Shown: positions 1 to 10,573, numbered from the stretch's first letter. The stretch: 64,000 nt of DNA from Candidatus Poribacteria bacterium (GCA_965222225.1 CBDCTK010000002.1:5376001-5440000), one strand, 5' to 3'. Numbers and translations: made by a program. The notes: generated by a model not told the origin, from the letters alone.

Positions 1-138
1 ATCTGTATGAGTCGACACACTCCGAAGGCTTGTGTTATACTTACGACCTAGGCGCTCGTTATTCGAGTTTCCGGATCACAATGGTGTTTGAAAACGAGTC
101 CATTAGCGGCAGATTGCTGAACCTGAGGCGTAGGAGTT

Positions 139-1029
139 ATGAGAACGTCCCATAAATACTTGGATCCGGCTTCCTTGTCTAAACTTGGCAACATGGAGCT
201 GGTCGCACGTCTGGTTGTGGAAGGATTCATTACCGGGCTGCACAAGAGTCCATATCAGGGATTCAGCGTAGAATTTGCTGAGCACAGACAATACATGCCC
301 GGCGACGAGATTAGGTACATTGACTGGAAGGTGTTTGGAAAATCTGACCGCTATTACGTCAAGAAGTTTGAAGAAGAAACCAACCTCCGCGCCTACATTA
401 TACTGGATGCCAGCGCCTCAATGAACTATAAATACGACGAAAGCAGCCTTACAAAATTCCAATACGGTTGCTATTGCGTGGCATCCTTGTCGTATTTGAT
501 GCTCAAGCAACGCGACTCGGTTGGTATGGCAATCTTCGATACCCACATCAAGGAGTATATCCCTCCACGTGGTGCTGCAACCCACCTGCAAGCCATCCTG
601 TCCAGCCTTGAGAGTACCGAACCTGGGAATGAAACGGATTTGAGCACAATCTTCCATGAACTTGCGAAGCGGATTGTCCGTCGCGGGTTGGTAATCGTGA
701 TTTCCGACCTCCTCGATGAGCCGTCCAAAGTGCTGTCTGCTCTTAAACACTTGCGCCATCGTAAGCATGAAGTTATAGTCTTTCATCTGTTGGATAAAGC
801 CGAGATGATGTTCCCGTTTGAAGGACCTGTGGTCTTTCAAGACATGGAAACCGCGAGGACGCTCCCGACGCAGGCGGAGACGCTCAAAGCCGGTTATCTT
901 CAACAGATGGAAGAGTTTATTCAGAACTATCGGCGTGGATGTGGCGGGAATTCGATCGATTATGTGCAGATTGACACGTCAACACCATTCGATCATGCCC
1001 TATCGTCCTATCTGGCACACAGAAAATAA
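139..1029 (+). CDS. DUF58 family protein (MoxR-associated, vWA-like)
   Basis: Motifs G.H.S...G.SVEFAEHRQYMPGDEIRYIDWK, YVKKFEEE, ILDASASM and VISDL; aggag RBS. Confidence 0.92.
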   Translation: MRTSHKYLDPASLSKLGNMELVARLVVEGFITGLHKSPYQGFSVEFAEHRQYMPGDEIRYIDWKVFGKSDRYYVKKFEEETNLRAYIILDASASMNYKYDESSLTKFQYGCYCVASLSYLMLKQRDSVGMAIFDTHIKEYIPPRGAATHLQAILSSLESTEPGNETDLSTIFHELAKRIVRRGLVIVISDLLDEPSKVLSALKHLRHRKHEVIVFHLLDKAEMMFPFEGPVVFQDMETARTLPTQAETLKAGYLQQMEEFIQNYRRGCGGNSIDYVQIDTSTPFDHALSSYLAHRK

Positions 1030-1178
1030 CAACCCTCTCCACTTCTCCCTCTCTCCTTCCCTCCATCCTTCCAATGCCCTCCTTTCCCTCTTCTGTTCTC
1101 TGATAATTCTAGTCTTCCACCCTTCCATCTCTTCCCTTTTTCTTTCTCCCAATCTCCCGCTTGCATCGGAGAATAGCC

Positions 1179-1207
1179 TTGACAATCTGGGCACTGCGCA
1201 ATAAAAT
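1179..1207 (+). promoter_or_regulatory. sigma70-type promoter
   Basis: TTGACA-N17-TAAAAT upstream of the 1536 CDS; a MITE-like element lies between promoter and gene. Confidence 0.55.
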
Positions 1208-1228
1208 AATCACGTAGTAGAAGCATTA

Positions 1229-1470
1229 AGAGCCTGATTGAAAAGTACAGGAAAAGTACAGTTTGTAGGGTGCGATCAAAGGAATGAATAATGACTGCGA
1301 TAGAGATCCCCTGCGCACCAGCCTCTAAAAGCCCCAGAGTGGGATCAAGGGAGCGAATAGCCACTGCGATAGAGATTCTACAGGTATGTAGCAGCCAACA
1401 ATGAAAACATGAAAAAACTTTCTACAAATGACCAAAAATGGCTTTGCCGCCGATTATTCAAACAGGTTCT
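1229..1470. mobile_element. MITE-like element with ~14-bp terminal inverted repeats, carrying REP palindromes and two hairpin-unit insertions (1274-1310, 1343-1379)
   Basis: AGAGCCTGATTGAA ... TTCAAACAGGTTCT (12/14 inverted match); near-identical relative at 61401-61648. Confidence 0.7.
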
Positions 1471-1535
1471 GAGCGGAAGCCGTCATGTTGTATATGGATA
1501 TCGATTCCTAATCCGTATATCGCGGGAGATTACGT

Positions 1536-2555
1536 ATGGATGTGAAGTATACTGTTCTGATGACCGATTACGCATGGCCCTCGGTTGAACCCGAGCGCAA
1601 GGTACTGTCTGAGATCGGAGCAGAACTAATCGTCGCTGAAACGGGGGCTGAAGATGAATTGGTAAGCTTGGCGCCGCAATCCGATGGCATCCTTACATGC
1701 TGGGAGCAGACGACTACCGCCGTCATCAGAGCGGCTGAGCGTTGTCAAGTCATAGGACGTTGCGGCATCGGGCTTGATAACATTGATGTGAATACTGCAA
1801 CCGAGCTTGGAATTGTTGTCACCAATGTGCCGGCATATTGCATTGACGAAGTCTCCGATCACGCGATGGCTCTGTTATTGGCGTGTGCTCGGAAGATTTC
1901 CATCTTTGACCGGGAAGCCAAACGCGGCAGTTGGGTACGAGATGTAGGTCCCCCGGTGTACCGAATTCGCGGCAAAACGCTGGGCATTATGGGGTTCGGC
2001 AAGATTGGGAAAGCCGTAGTGCCGAAAGCGAAAGCCTTCGGACTTGATGTCATTGTCTACTCGCCGAGCCTATCCTCACAGGTTGCGGAATCGTGCGGTG
2101 TCCAAAAAGTTGAACTCCCTGAGTTGCTGATGCAATCCGACTTCATCACGATTCACGCGCCGCTGAATTCTAGGACTGAAAACCTCCTAGGGAAAGAGGA
2201 ATTTCGTCAGATGAAAGAGACTGCTTATGTCATCAACACGTCGCGAGGCGGGATCATTGACACGGCCGCGCTTTGTACGGCCGTACAAAAGGGGTGGATC
2301 GCTGGAGCAGGTTTGGATGTACTGGCTGAAGAACCTCCGGCGCCGGATGAACCGCTGATTGAATTGGATAATATTGTTATTACACCACACGCCGCCTTCG
2401 CATCTGAAGAATCAACATACGACCTTGAGGTGAGTGCTGCACGTGCCGTCGCGGATGTATTGAGTGGGAAAATGCCGGGGTCCGTCGTTAACCGAGAAGT
2501 TTTGGAAAGCCCGCTGCTTCGCGCAAAAGCGCTTGGCGATCAACCGAGTGGATAG
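1536..2555 (+). CDS. D-isomer-specific 2-hydroxyacid dehydrogenase (SerA/CtBP-like)
   Basis: GIGLDNID, GIMGFGKIG Rossmann motif, INTSRGG, GLDV..EP, ITPHAA; last codons and stop lie inside a hairpin unit. Confidence 0.92.
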   Translation: MDVKYTVLMTDYAWPSVEPERKVLSEIGAELIVAETGAEDELVSLAPQSDGILTCWEQTTTAVIRAAERCQVIGRCGIGLDNIDVNTATELGIVVTNVPAYCIDEVSDHAMALLLACARKISIFDREAKRGSWVRDVGPPVYRIRGKTLGIMGFGKIGKAVVPKAKAFGLDVIVYSPSLSSQVAESCGVQKVELPELLMQSDFITIHAPLNSRTENLLGKEEFRQMKETAYVINTSRGGIIDTAALCTAVQKGWIAGAGLDVLAEEPPAPDEPLIELDNIVITPHAAFASEESTYDLEVSAARAVADVLSGKMPGSVVNREVLESPLLRAKALGDQPSG

Positions 2556-2683
2556 CGAGGGCGATAGAGATTCCCTCAAGCAAGCGAGTGATTAGCGATC
2601 AGCCGAACGAATAGTGAGGGATCAAGTGACTGAACAAGGGGCGCGATAGAGTTCCCATAGTAAATCCCGTGCGATAGAAATTC
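2538..2683 (+). repeat. nested array of GATCAA-hairpin-GCGATAG units
   Basis: One complete unit followed by three units nested inside each other. Confidence 0.9.
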
Positions 2684-2811
2684 ACTAGCCACTGCCCACT
2701 GCTTTAAGTTGCCATGCTTTCCAGAGTCGAAAACGCGTAATCCGATACCGTATATTTTTAGCGAATAAACCACTAAGTCGAGGTGCAAGGAGAGGTGCAA
2801 GGAGTTGTTAC

Positions 2812-4011
2812 ATGCAGGCATTACCTGATGCAACAGGGCACTTCGGGGAGTTCGGTGGCAGATATGTTCCTGAGACATTGATGCCCGCCCTGTTGGAACT
2901 TGAAGAAGCCTACCGGTCCCTGAGTGCCGATCCGGAGTTTCAAAAAGAATTTGAATACTATCTGCGAGAATACGTCGGTAGACCCAATCCGCTCTATTAC
3001 GCCGAGCGGTTGACCGAGGAACTCGGCGGGGCAAAAATCTACCTCAAACGAGAAGATCTCAACCATACCGGCGCGCACAAAATCAACAATACGATTGGAC
3101 AAATTCTGCTCGCGCGTCGGATGGGCAAAAAACGAATAATAGCGGAGACCGGAGCGGGACAACACGGCGTCGCGACTGCCACAGTGACAGCGAAATTCAA
3201 TATGGAATGCGAAGTTTACATGGGCGAGGAGGATATAGAACGCCAGGCGCTCAATGTGTTTCGCATGCGCCTCATGGGTGCAAAAGTAACTCCTGTAAAT
3301 TCCGGTTCTCGAACCCTAAAGGACGCGATTAACGCCTCATTCCGCGACTGGGTGACAAACGTCCGAACGACCTATCTCCTCATCGGCTCCGTCGTGGGAG
3401 CGCACCCCTACCCGATGATTGTTCGGGAGTTCCAATCCGTAATCGGGGTTGAAACCAGGACACAAATACTTGAGAAAGAGGGACGGTTACCGGATTGTGT
3501 CGTCGCAAGCGTGGGCGGCGGCAGTAACTCGATCGGTATGTTCTATCCGTTCTACGAAGATGAGAGCGTGGAAATGATAGGCGTCGAAGCCGCCGGTGAG
3601 AGCATACTGAGCGGCAGGCATGCCGCCTCATTGAGCGAAGGCAGCATCGGGGTGTTCCACGGTGCAAAATGTTATCTGTTACAGGAAGACGATGGACAGA
3701 TAACCCCGGCGCATTCGATTTCCGCGGGACTTGACTATCCGGGAGTTGGTCCTGAACATAGCTATTACAAGGCGAGTGGAAGGGCTAATTATGTTTCAAT
3801 TACTGATGATGAAGCCGTAGACGGATTCAAATTGTTGTCGGAATTGGAAGGCATTATCCCGGCGCTTGAGGCCGCGCATGCAATTGCACATGTTCAAAAA
3901 ATCGCTCCGATGATGGATCGAGATGCCATTATTGTAGTCTGCCTCTCCGGGCGTGGTGACAAAGACGTTGGAGGGGAAATGGGCTCCGCGCCGCTTGCTC
4001 TCAGTCATTAA
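2812..4011 (+). CDS. trpB: tryptophan synthase beta chain
   Basis: [24 protein letters not shown] (PLP lysine), [33 protein letters not shown]. Confidence 0.98.
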   Translation: MQALPDATGHFGEFGGRYVPETLMPALLELEEAYRSLSADPEFQKEFEYYLREYVGRPNPLYYAERLTEELGGAKIYLKREDLNHTGAHKINNTIGQILLARRMGKKRIIAETGAGQHGVATATVTAKFNMECEVYMGEEDIERQALNVFRMRLMGAKVTPVNSGSRTLKDAINASFRDWVTNVRTTYLLIGSVVGAHPYPMIVREFQSVIGVETRTQILEKEGRLPDCVVASVGGGSNSIGMFYPFYEDESVEMIGVEAAGESILSGRHAASLSEGSIGVFHGAKCYLLQEDDGQITPAHSISAGLDYPGVGPEHSYYKASGRANYVSITDDEAVDGFKLLSELEGIIPALEAAHAIAHVQKIAPMMDRDAIIVVCLSGRGDKDVGGEMGSAPLALSH

Positions 4012-4119
4012 AACCTGCCAAGAACCATCAGCCGTGTAGGAGCGACCTCCTGGTCGCGATTCCTTGCGGAATCGACAATCGTCAAATCACCGATTTCCCT
4101 TCTTCTCTTTCTTTGTAGG

Positions 4120-4191
4120 GATCAACCGACCGAATAGGATCAAGCGAGCGATTAGCGAGTGCGATAGAGATCTTAAGGCGATAGAAATCCC
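4120..4191 (+). repeat. two nested hairpin units in a GTAG REP; segment duplicated at 20781-20852
   Basis: 71/72 nt identical to 20781-20852. Confidence 0.9.
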
Positions 4192-4375
4192 TGCGCAAAT
4201 CTGCGTTCCCTACTCTCACACACCATCGCTTTTACTAGCCACAGCCCACGTTTACCGATATCCGCTCTTCTCTTTTTGCCTCCTCATTCATCGCATCTCC
4301 GTCTCAAGCGAAGTTAAGAGCACTCTCACACCCCATAATCAGATGAAACCTCCCTCGTAGCGTCCTACATCTCGC

Positions 4376-4404
4376 TTGCTTTTGGAATGCCCTAGTGCTA
4401 TAAT
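4376..4404 (+). promoter_or_regulatory. sigma70-type promoter with extended -10
   Basis: TTGCTT-N17-TATAAT with TGn directly before the -10; ends 48 nt upstream of ATG 4453. Confidence 0.55.
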
Positions 4405-4452
4405 TGCCAAAATTGAAATGGCGTCAAATCCTAACTCGTTAAGGAAATCAAC

Positions 4453-5133
4453 ATGCAAATCAATTTTCAGAGCGTCATCGATCTCTCCTACCAGATTGAC
4501 GAAAACAGTCCGCGAGAGCTGCCAATTGACCCCGTGCGTATTTACGATACCGCAACGCTGGAGAAAGACGGCTACTTTGAAAGCCGCGTCGATCTGTCCG
4601 GTCACTGCGCGACGCACATTGACGCCCCTTGCCTGATGTATACGGATGGTTTCACCGTGGCGGACATCCCGAAGGACAAGCTTACCGGGAATGCGGTGCT
4701 CATGGACCTCTCCGACACGAAGAAACCGACCGATGCCGTGACATCGGAAGATATTGAGATGTGGATAACTGCAAATGTAGAAATCCCGAATGACAGTATC
4801 GTATTCATGCGCACGGGAATGGATACGTACGCCTATCAAGATATTTTCAATCGAGGCTGGATCGGGTTCAGCGAAGATGCAGCCGAACTCTTGGTCGAAA
4901 AAGGTATCAAGCTGATTGGGACAGATGCGTGCAGCATTGATTCAATGGCGGGACATCCACCGCAACATGATGGATTGCCGCCCGCTCACCTCGTTTTTCT
5001 TGGCGCCGGAGTTCCACAGGTTGAAGATCTCTGCAATTTGAGTCTATTGCCCACGCAATTCTTCGCGGTAGTTGCCCCTATGAAGTTGGCGCGAAGTTCG
5101 GGCGCTCCAACACGCGTCTTGGCTTTTGTATAA
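4453..5133 (+). CDS. cyclase family metal-dependent hydrolase (kynurenine formamidase-like)
   Basis: IDLS, HCATHIDAP (HxGTHxDxP-like), IGTD..SID, GAPTRVLA. Confidence 0.9.
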   Translation: MQINFQSVIDLSYQIDENSPRELPIDPVRIYDTATLEKDGYFESRVDLSGHCATHIDAPCLMYTDGFTVADIPKDKLTGNAVLMDLSDTKKPTDAVTSEDIEMWITANVEIPNDSIVFMRTGMDTYAYQDIFNRGWIGFSEDAAELLVEKGIKLIGTDACSIDSMAGHPPQHDGLPPAHLVFLGAGVPQVEDLCNLSLLPTQFFAVVAPMKLARSSGAPTRVLAFV

Positions 5134-5249
5134 ATTTCGGTGGCGCGGCGTTTCTTGCAGTCCGATTGTGGGAATTCTGCCGCTTGCCGCGATACCCGCA
5201 TCCTGAGGATAACCGCGTGTCTGCGAGGGATAGTTGAACGGGCTAGAAT

Positions 5250-6776
5250 ATGGGGGACCAAGTCCTAACCGATCAGTCAAACCTCCCGTGTGAAACTCTT
5301 GATTTGCTGAGAGAGATTGGTGGCAAAACGCGGTTGCCCATCTGCCTCGTCGGCGGTTTTGTCCGCGACCTTCTGCTCGGGCGCGAGATTCTCGACCTAG
5401 ACATTGTCGTAGAGGGTGATGCAATCCGCTTTGCCCGAGAACTGGGAGAAAGTTGGGGTTGGGAAGTAAGAGCGCACCATCATTTCGGCACTGCGACGTT
5501 GATTCAACCTACGCGATCCAAAATTGACTTCGCCAGCGCTCGTAGCGAAACTTATGAGCATCCGGGTGCGTTACCATTAGTTAGCCTCGGCACAATTGAA
5601 GACGACCTGCGCCGACGCGATTTTTCGATTAATGCCCTCGCCATTCGTTTGAACTCTGACGGTTTCGGGGTGCTTATTGATTGCTTCGACGGAGTTAAAG
5701 ATCTTCAAGCCGGACGGATTCGTGCGCTCCATTCTGAGAGCTTCTTTGACGATCCGACCCGCGTCTTTCGGGCGGTAAGATATGAAGGACGCTACGGTTT
5801 CCAAATTGAGGCGAAAGATCTAGCGCGTATTCATGGGGTACTCCATCAAGGTGTATTAGACCGGATTAGCGGCGAGCGCATTCGGAACGAAATCAATCGT
5901 ATCTTGGCGGAAGACGCCGTACCGCGCATCGTTCAACGGTTGCTTGAATTTGACGTATTTCGGGCAATTCATCCGGAATGGGAGTTACCGCTAGATTTTG
6001 GCGCCGTTTGGGCTGCGGTTCGAAAGGCAATTGATTGGGCATTGACGAACCTCCCCGATGAACAGATTGACGGAAAACAGATGGGGTGGATGTCACTGCT
6101 GGGAGTGGTCAATTGGACTGGATCCCACTCCTGTCATGAGGCTACGCCAACTTATGTAATCCAAGCAATCACCGATAGGCTGGTCTTGCCTCATCGTCTC
6201 CGCAGACTATTCCAAACGGAGGCTGACCTGCAAAAAGATTTGGCTGAAGGAAAAATCTCGGGGAAGGTGCTAGAAACGCTAGAAAGAAAAGACCTCTCGC
6301 TTTCCCGGAACGCCACAATTCGAGGGGGGAAAAACAGATGGCTAATCTCCGACGCATGCAATAAGAAAACCTTTGCAATCAGAAAAGAGAACCAAGGTCT
6401 CTATGTTTGTGAAATTCAGACGGAATTGACTGCTAGTCAACACTTGTGCAAAGCTCTTGGCAGGTTATCCCCCGATTCCAAGCCAAGCGAAGTATATCAC
6501 CTGTTGAAGCCTTACGCTGTTGAGGCACTGGTGTTCACTCTGATGCAGCCGGAGCAACCTAAATGGCGAGCGGAAAAAATTGAGGGTTATTTGATTAATT
6601 TGCGCAAGATTGAGCCGTTAATCTGTGGAGACGATTTGATTCAGATCGGGCTGCAACCGGGAAAAGCGTTTACAAATCTCATCTCCAAGGCATTCGAAGC
6701 CCAGTTGGATGGCGAGATTTCCACAAAACAGGAGGCCTACGAGTTTCTAGGCTTTAATGATGCTCAATCCATTTGA
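5250..6776 (+). CDS. cca: class II tRNA nucleotidyltransferase (CCA- or A-adding type) with a ~68-aa inserted module
   Basis: VGGFVRDLLLG, DLDIVV, ARSETY, RRDFSINA, DDPTR..RAVRY, ISGERI; C-terminal G.DL...G..PG. Confidence 0.88.
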   Translation: MGDQVLTDQSNLPCETLDLLREIGGKTRLPICLVGGFVRDLLLGREILDLDIVVEGDAIRFARELGESWGWEVRAHHHFGTATLIQPTRSKIDFASARSETYEHPGALPLVSLGTIEDDLRRRDFSINALAIRLNSDGFGVLIDCFDGVKDLQAGRIRALHSESFFDDPTRVFRAVRYEGRYGFQIEAKDLARIHGVLHQGVLDRISGERIRNEINRILAEDAVPRIVQRLLEFDVFRAIHPEWELPLDFGAVWAAVRKAIDWALTNLPDEQIDGKQMGWMSLLGVVNWTGSHSCHEATPTYVIQAITDRLVLPHRLRRLFQTEADLQKDLAEGKISGKVLETLERKDLSLSRNATIRGGKNRWLISDACNKKTFAIRKENQGLYVCEIQTELTASQHLCKALGRLSPDSKPSEVYHLLKPYAVEALVFTLMQPEQPKWRAEKIEGYLINLRKIEPLICGDDLIQIGLQPGKAFTNLISKAFEAQLDGEISTKQEAYEFLGFNDAQSI

Positions 6777-7443
6777 GGCAATCCCGCGTATAATCTTTGA
6801 GGCCGTCCTTCTTGTAATTCAATTCATCATCCTGTTGACTTTCCACGAGTGGGGGCACGCGAAAGCGGCGCTCATGCTAGGAGATCCGACAGCCAGAGAC
6901 GAAGAGCGGCTGACGCTCAACCCGGCAGCCCACATCGACATACTCGGAACGGTTATACTGCCACTAGTCGGCTTGCTTTCCAATAGTATGTTCTTCGGAT
7001 GGGCAAAGCCGGTTCCGGTCGACTCGCGTAATTTGAAGAATCCCAAGCGAGACCTGATGATCATCGCCGCAGCGGGTCCCCTGATGAACATCATCTGCAC
7101 TTTCGTGATTTTGCTTGTGGTCAAACTGCTTGTAGAATTTGTCGGCATTTCTATACACCGTGAAGTCCAAAATCAATTGGAACTGCCTGCTAGAATTAGC
7201 GTGATTCTTGCGGTTTTCAACATGCTCCCCCTATTTCCTCTGGATGGGTTCAGTGTGGTTTATGGGCTATTACCTTGGAAACAGGCGCAGGCGTTTGACA
7301 AGCTACGCCCTTATGGAATGATGATTCTGCTTGGGATAATTTTTCTCCCCAATCTGTTGAGAATCCCTAACCCGGTCTTTATTATAATTCATTTCGCGTC
7401 TTTCGGAATTTTCGATCTGTTTCACTCACTCGTTGGCCTCTGA
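6757..7443 (+). CDS. site-2 protease family (M50) membrane metalloprotease
   Basis: HEWGH, AAGPLMN, FNMLPLFPLDG. Confidence 0.93.
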   Translation: MMLNPFEAIPRIIFEAVLLVIQFIILLTFHEWGHAKAALMLGDPTARDEERLTLNPAAHIDILGTVILPLVGLLSNSMFFGWAKPVPVDSRNLKNPKRDLMIIAAAGPLMNIICTFVILLVVKLLVEFVGISIHREVQNQLELPARISVILAVFNMLPLFPLDGFSVVYGLLPWKQAQAFDKLRPYGMMILLGIIFLPNLLRIPNPVFIIIHFASFGIFDLFHSLVGL

Positions 7444-7737
7444 AAACAGAATCAGAATGAGATAATGGTTTAGTTCAGTCAATAGAACCAGTCTGTAATT
7501 GGATTAAATCTATTAGGATTAGCGCACTGTGGTTTGTAATAGTGCAATTCATTGCATGTCCGGCGCGGACATTTGACAACCCGATTCATCGGGATTAGCA
7601 TTGTCCTTCTCTTCTCGGCGCGCTCCCTAACTGCTCGGTCTGGATTGGCAAATCTAAACCGCGAATCTGCCCTAAATTTTCGAAAACCGCCACGCGAAAA
7701 TCATTCTGTACACGCTATAATACCACGTACTGAATTT

Positions 7738-8499
7738 ATGCAGCCATTACCGATGGACTCCCATCCCCAATCCACAGACTCGATATACTCCATCAAACTC
7801 GATATTTTTGAAGGACCGCTGGATCTGCTGCTTCACCTGATTCAGAAGGACGAGATGGATGTTAGAGATATTCGTATTGCCGAGATTACGGAACGTTATT
7901 TGGAGTGGCTGAATCTTATGGAGCAACTGGATCTGGATGTTGCTTCGGAATTTCTGGTAATGGCGGCGACGCTGCTCTATCTCAAATCACAGAGTATTCT
8001 TCCATCCGCAACCGATCAGGATACGTTGCCAATCAAAAATCGAGAGGAGCTTGTTAAGCAACTCTTGGATTACAAGCAGTTCAAGGAAGCATCGCAAGTG
8101 CTGAATCGCTATGCCGAAGAGCATGAACAAATTTACGGACGAAGTGTTGATTCTGGTGTCGAACTGGGAGACTTGCGCGAGTTTGAGATTAAAGCAACCC
8201 TCTTTGATCTGTTATCGGCGTTTCAGCGAACCACCGAGAGGTTGCAATTTATTGATGATGATGCTTACGAGGAAATTAACGAAGAGCAAATAACCGTTGA
8301 GGAAAAGATGGAGTTCTTGGTACGCATATTGAAGGAATCCGAACAGGTGCCGTTTGAAGATCTTTTCTCCGATTTTGCAACCAAAGTCGAACAAATTGTG
8401 ACATTCTTGGCAATCTTGGAGCTGATTCGCCTGAAACGTATCATTGCCATTCAATCGGGGCAGTTTGGTCAAATATACATCGTAAGGCGCGAGGGCTGA
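7738..8499 (+). CDS. scpA: segregation and condensation protein A
   Basis: FEGPLDLLLHLI, ASEFLVMAATLL, VTFLAILEL; start placed at ATG 7738 (7753 also possible). Confidence 0.93.
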   Translation: MQPLPMDSHPQSTDSIYSIKLDIFEGPLDLLLHLIQKDEMDVRDIRIAEITERYLEWLNLMEQLDLDVASEFLVMAATLLYLKSQSILPSATDQDTLPIKNREELVKQLLDYKQFKEASQVLNRYAEEHEQIYGRSVDSGVELGDLREFEIKATLFDLLSAFQRTTERLQFIDDDAYEEINEEQITVEEKMEFLVRILKESEQVPFEDLFSDFATKVEQIVTFLAILELIRLKRIIAIQSGQFGQIYIVRREG

Positions 8500-8563
8500 G
8501 TCACAAACCGTACGGGGTTCAAGATTAAAAATCAGCCCCAACTCCCTATCAAGTATTACTGTC

Positions 8564-9151
8564 ATGATCGAAAATTCCCCCACTCCTCCCCAGGAATCTT
8601 CCTTGAGTCCAACCCAAATCAAATCAATCCTTGAAGCGATTCTCTTCGTCGCCAACGAACCAATATCGATAAAGCAATTTACTCAAGTCTTTGGAAACGT
8701 TTCAACACACGACATCCGCGAGCAACTGATGGCGCTTGAAAATGACTATCAAGCTGAAAACCGCAGTTTCCAGCTTATCGAAATTGCCAACGGTTTTCAG
8801 GTGTGTTCACGCCCTGAATACCGTGACTGGATTGAGAAATTCTATACACGTCAGGTTCGTGTCCGACTTTCGCCTCCGGCGCTTGAAACCCTTGCCATCG
8901 TCGCGTATAAGCAGCCCGTTACACGGACGGAAGTGGAAGAAATTCGAGGTGTGAACAGTGACAGCGTTGTAAATTCACTTATTCAGAAAGGGTTGATACG
9001 CATCTCGGGGCGAAAACCTGGACAAGGTCGGTCTCTCCTTTTCTCCACCACGGATAAATTCTTGGAGCAATTTGGGCTAAAAAATCTCTCCGAACTGCCG
9101 TCTATGGAAGAGATTGAGGAGATTCTACATGAAGTGCAAAACGAAGAATAG
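8564..9151 (+). CDS. scpB: SMC-Scp complex subunit ScpB
   Basis: LEAILF, LS..ALETLAIVAYKQPVTR.EVEEIRGV, TT..FL..FGL. Confidence 0.96.
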   Translation: MIENSPTPPQESSLSPTQIKSILEAILFVANEPISIKQFTQVFGNVSTHDIREQLMALENDYQAENRSFQLIEIANGFQVCSRPEYRDWIEKFYTRQVRVRLSPPALETLAIVAYKQPVTRTEVEEIRGVNSDSVVNSLIQKGLIRISGRKPGQGRSLLFSTTDKFLEQFGLKNLSELPSMEEIEEILHEVQNEE

Positions 9152-9238
9152 GAATAGCAACGGGTGGTAACCAAAAATGGGAGTACGGAAAATTCGGGAT
9201 CTCATGCTATAAACGAAATCTGGGAGCGGAAATAAGAA

Positions 9239-10573
9239 ATGAAATATGATGCATGGTTTCAATGCAGTAGCGGGTGCGACGAGCAACATTCGCTTCACGA
9301 GGTGATTTATCGTTGCACTCGCTGCGAAGGGCTACTGGAAGTCAAACACGATATTGAATCCCTGAAACGTCGAAGCCCGGCTGCTTGGATTGAACTTTTC
9401 GAAAGGCGCTACATGGGAACGCAATACCCCTACGGCAGCGGTGTCTGGGGGAAGAAAGAGCTCGTTTGTCCAAGTATTGATGATGAGAACATTGTCTCGA
9501 TGTTCGAGGGAGGTACCAACCTTTTCTGGGCGACACGGTTCGGAAAGGAAATTGGGGTCTCCGACCTATGGATTAAGCAATGTGGCATCAGTCATACCGG
9601 CTCCTTCAAGGATCTGGGAATGACGGTGCTGGTTTCTATGGTCAAACAGATTGTCGCGAACGGTACCGACATTCGCGCTGTTCTCTGTGCCTCTAGCGGT
9701 GACACTTCTGCCGCACTCGCCGCTTATGCCGCAGCGGCGGGAATCCCCGCGATAATCCTTTTGCCGCAAGCGAAAGTCTCGCCCGCGCAGCTCTTCCAGC
9801 CGCTTGCCAACGGAGCAATTACACTTTCCCTCAAAACCGATTTTGATGGCTGCATGGCAATAGTTCAAAAACTGAGCGTGCGTCCGGATTTTTATCTTGC
9901 CAACTCTATAAATTCTCTCCGAATCGAAGGACAGAAGACGATTAGCATCGAAATTGTCCAACAATTCGATTGGGAGGTGCCAGACTGGGTAATAATTCCG
10001 GGAGGGAATCTGGGAAATGTGACGGCTTTAGGACTCGGGTTTCTGATGATGCGGGATCTCGGGATTATCAACGACCTGCCGCGGATTGTTTGTGCGCAGT
10101 CCGCCAAAGCCAATCCCCTGTATCAAAGTTATCTCGGAGACTTCAGTGAATTCAAACCGATGGCTGCACAGCCAACCGTAGCCAACGCAATCCAGATTGG
10201 AAATCCTGTTTCCGCCAAGAGAGCGATAAACATCCTGAAACGATTCAATGGAATCGTGGAACAAGCGACGGAGGACGAGTTGGCGAACGCCGCTGCAAGA
10301 GCGGATCGAACAGGGCTATTCAACTGCCCGCATACGGGTGTGGCGCTCGCCGCCCTTCTGAAACTCGTTGAGAGAAAGGTAATCCGATCTGACGAACGCG
10401 TGGTTGTAATCTCGACGGCAAACGGCCTAAAATTCCCCGATTTTAAAATTCAATATCATAACGGTGAATTGGACGAAGTTAATCCTCAATATGTAAATAT
10501 TCCACTGGGACTTGAGCCAGACTACGACCAAATAATGAAGGCGATTGATGTTTGTTTGGCGAAAGCGGAGTAA
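9239..10573 (+). CDS. thrC: threonine synthase
   Basis: [45 protein letters not shown]. Confidence 0.95.
   Translation: MKYDAWFQCSSGCDEQHSLHEVIYRCTRCEGLLEVKHDIESLKRRSPAAWIELFERRYMGTQYPYGSGVWGKKELVCPSIDDENIVSMFEGGTNLFWATRFGKEIGVSDLWIKQCGISHTGSFKDLGMTVLVSMVKQIVANGTDIRAVLCASSGDTSAALAAYAAAAGIPAIILLPQAKVSPAQLFQPLANGAITLSLKTDFDGCMAIVQKLSVRPDFYLANSINSLRIEGQKTISIEIVQQFDWEVPDWVIIPGGNLGNVTALGLGFLMMRDLGIINDLPRIVCAQSAKANPLYQSYLGDFSEFKPMAAQPTVANAIQIGNPVSAKRAINILKRFNGIVEQATEDELANAAARADRTGLFNCPHTGVALAALLKLVERKVIRSDERVVVISTANGLKFPDFKIQYHNGELDEVNPQYVNIPLGLEPDYDQIMKAIDVCLAKAE

Noticed and set aside
4064-4360. Similar short ORFs 4064-4360 and 20701-20994, and other ORFs over arrays such as 43838-44071
   Set aside because: They are translations of the non-coding repeats, with no RBS or protein motifs
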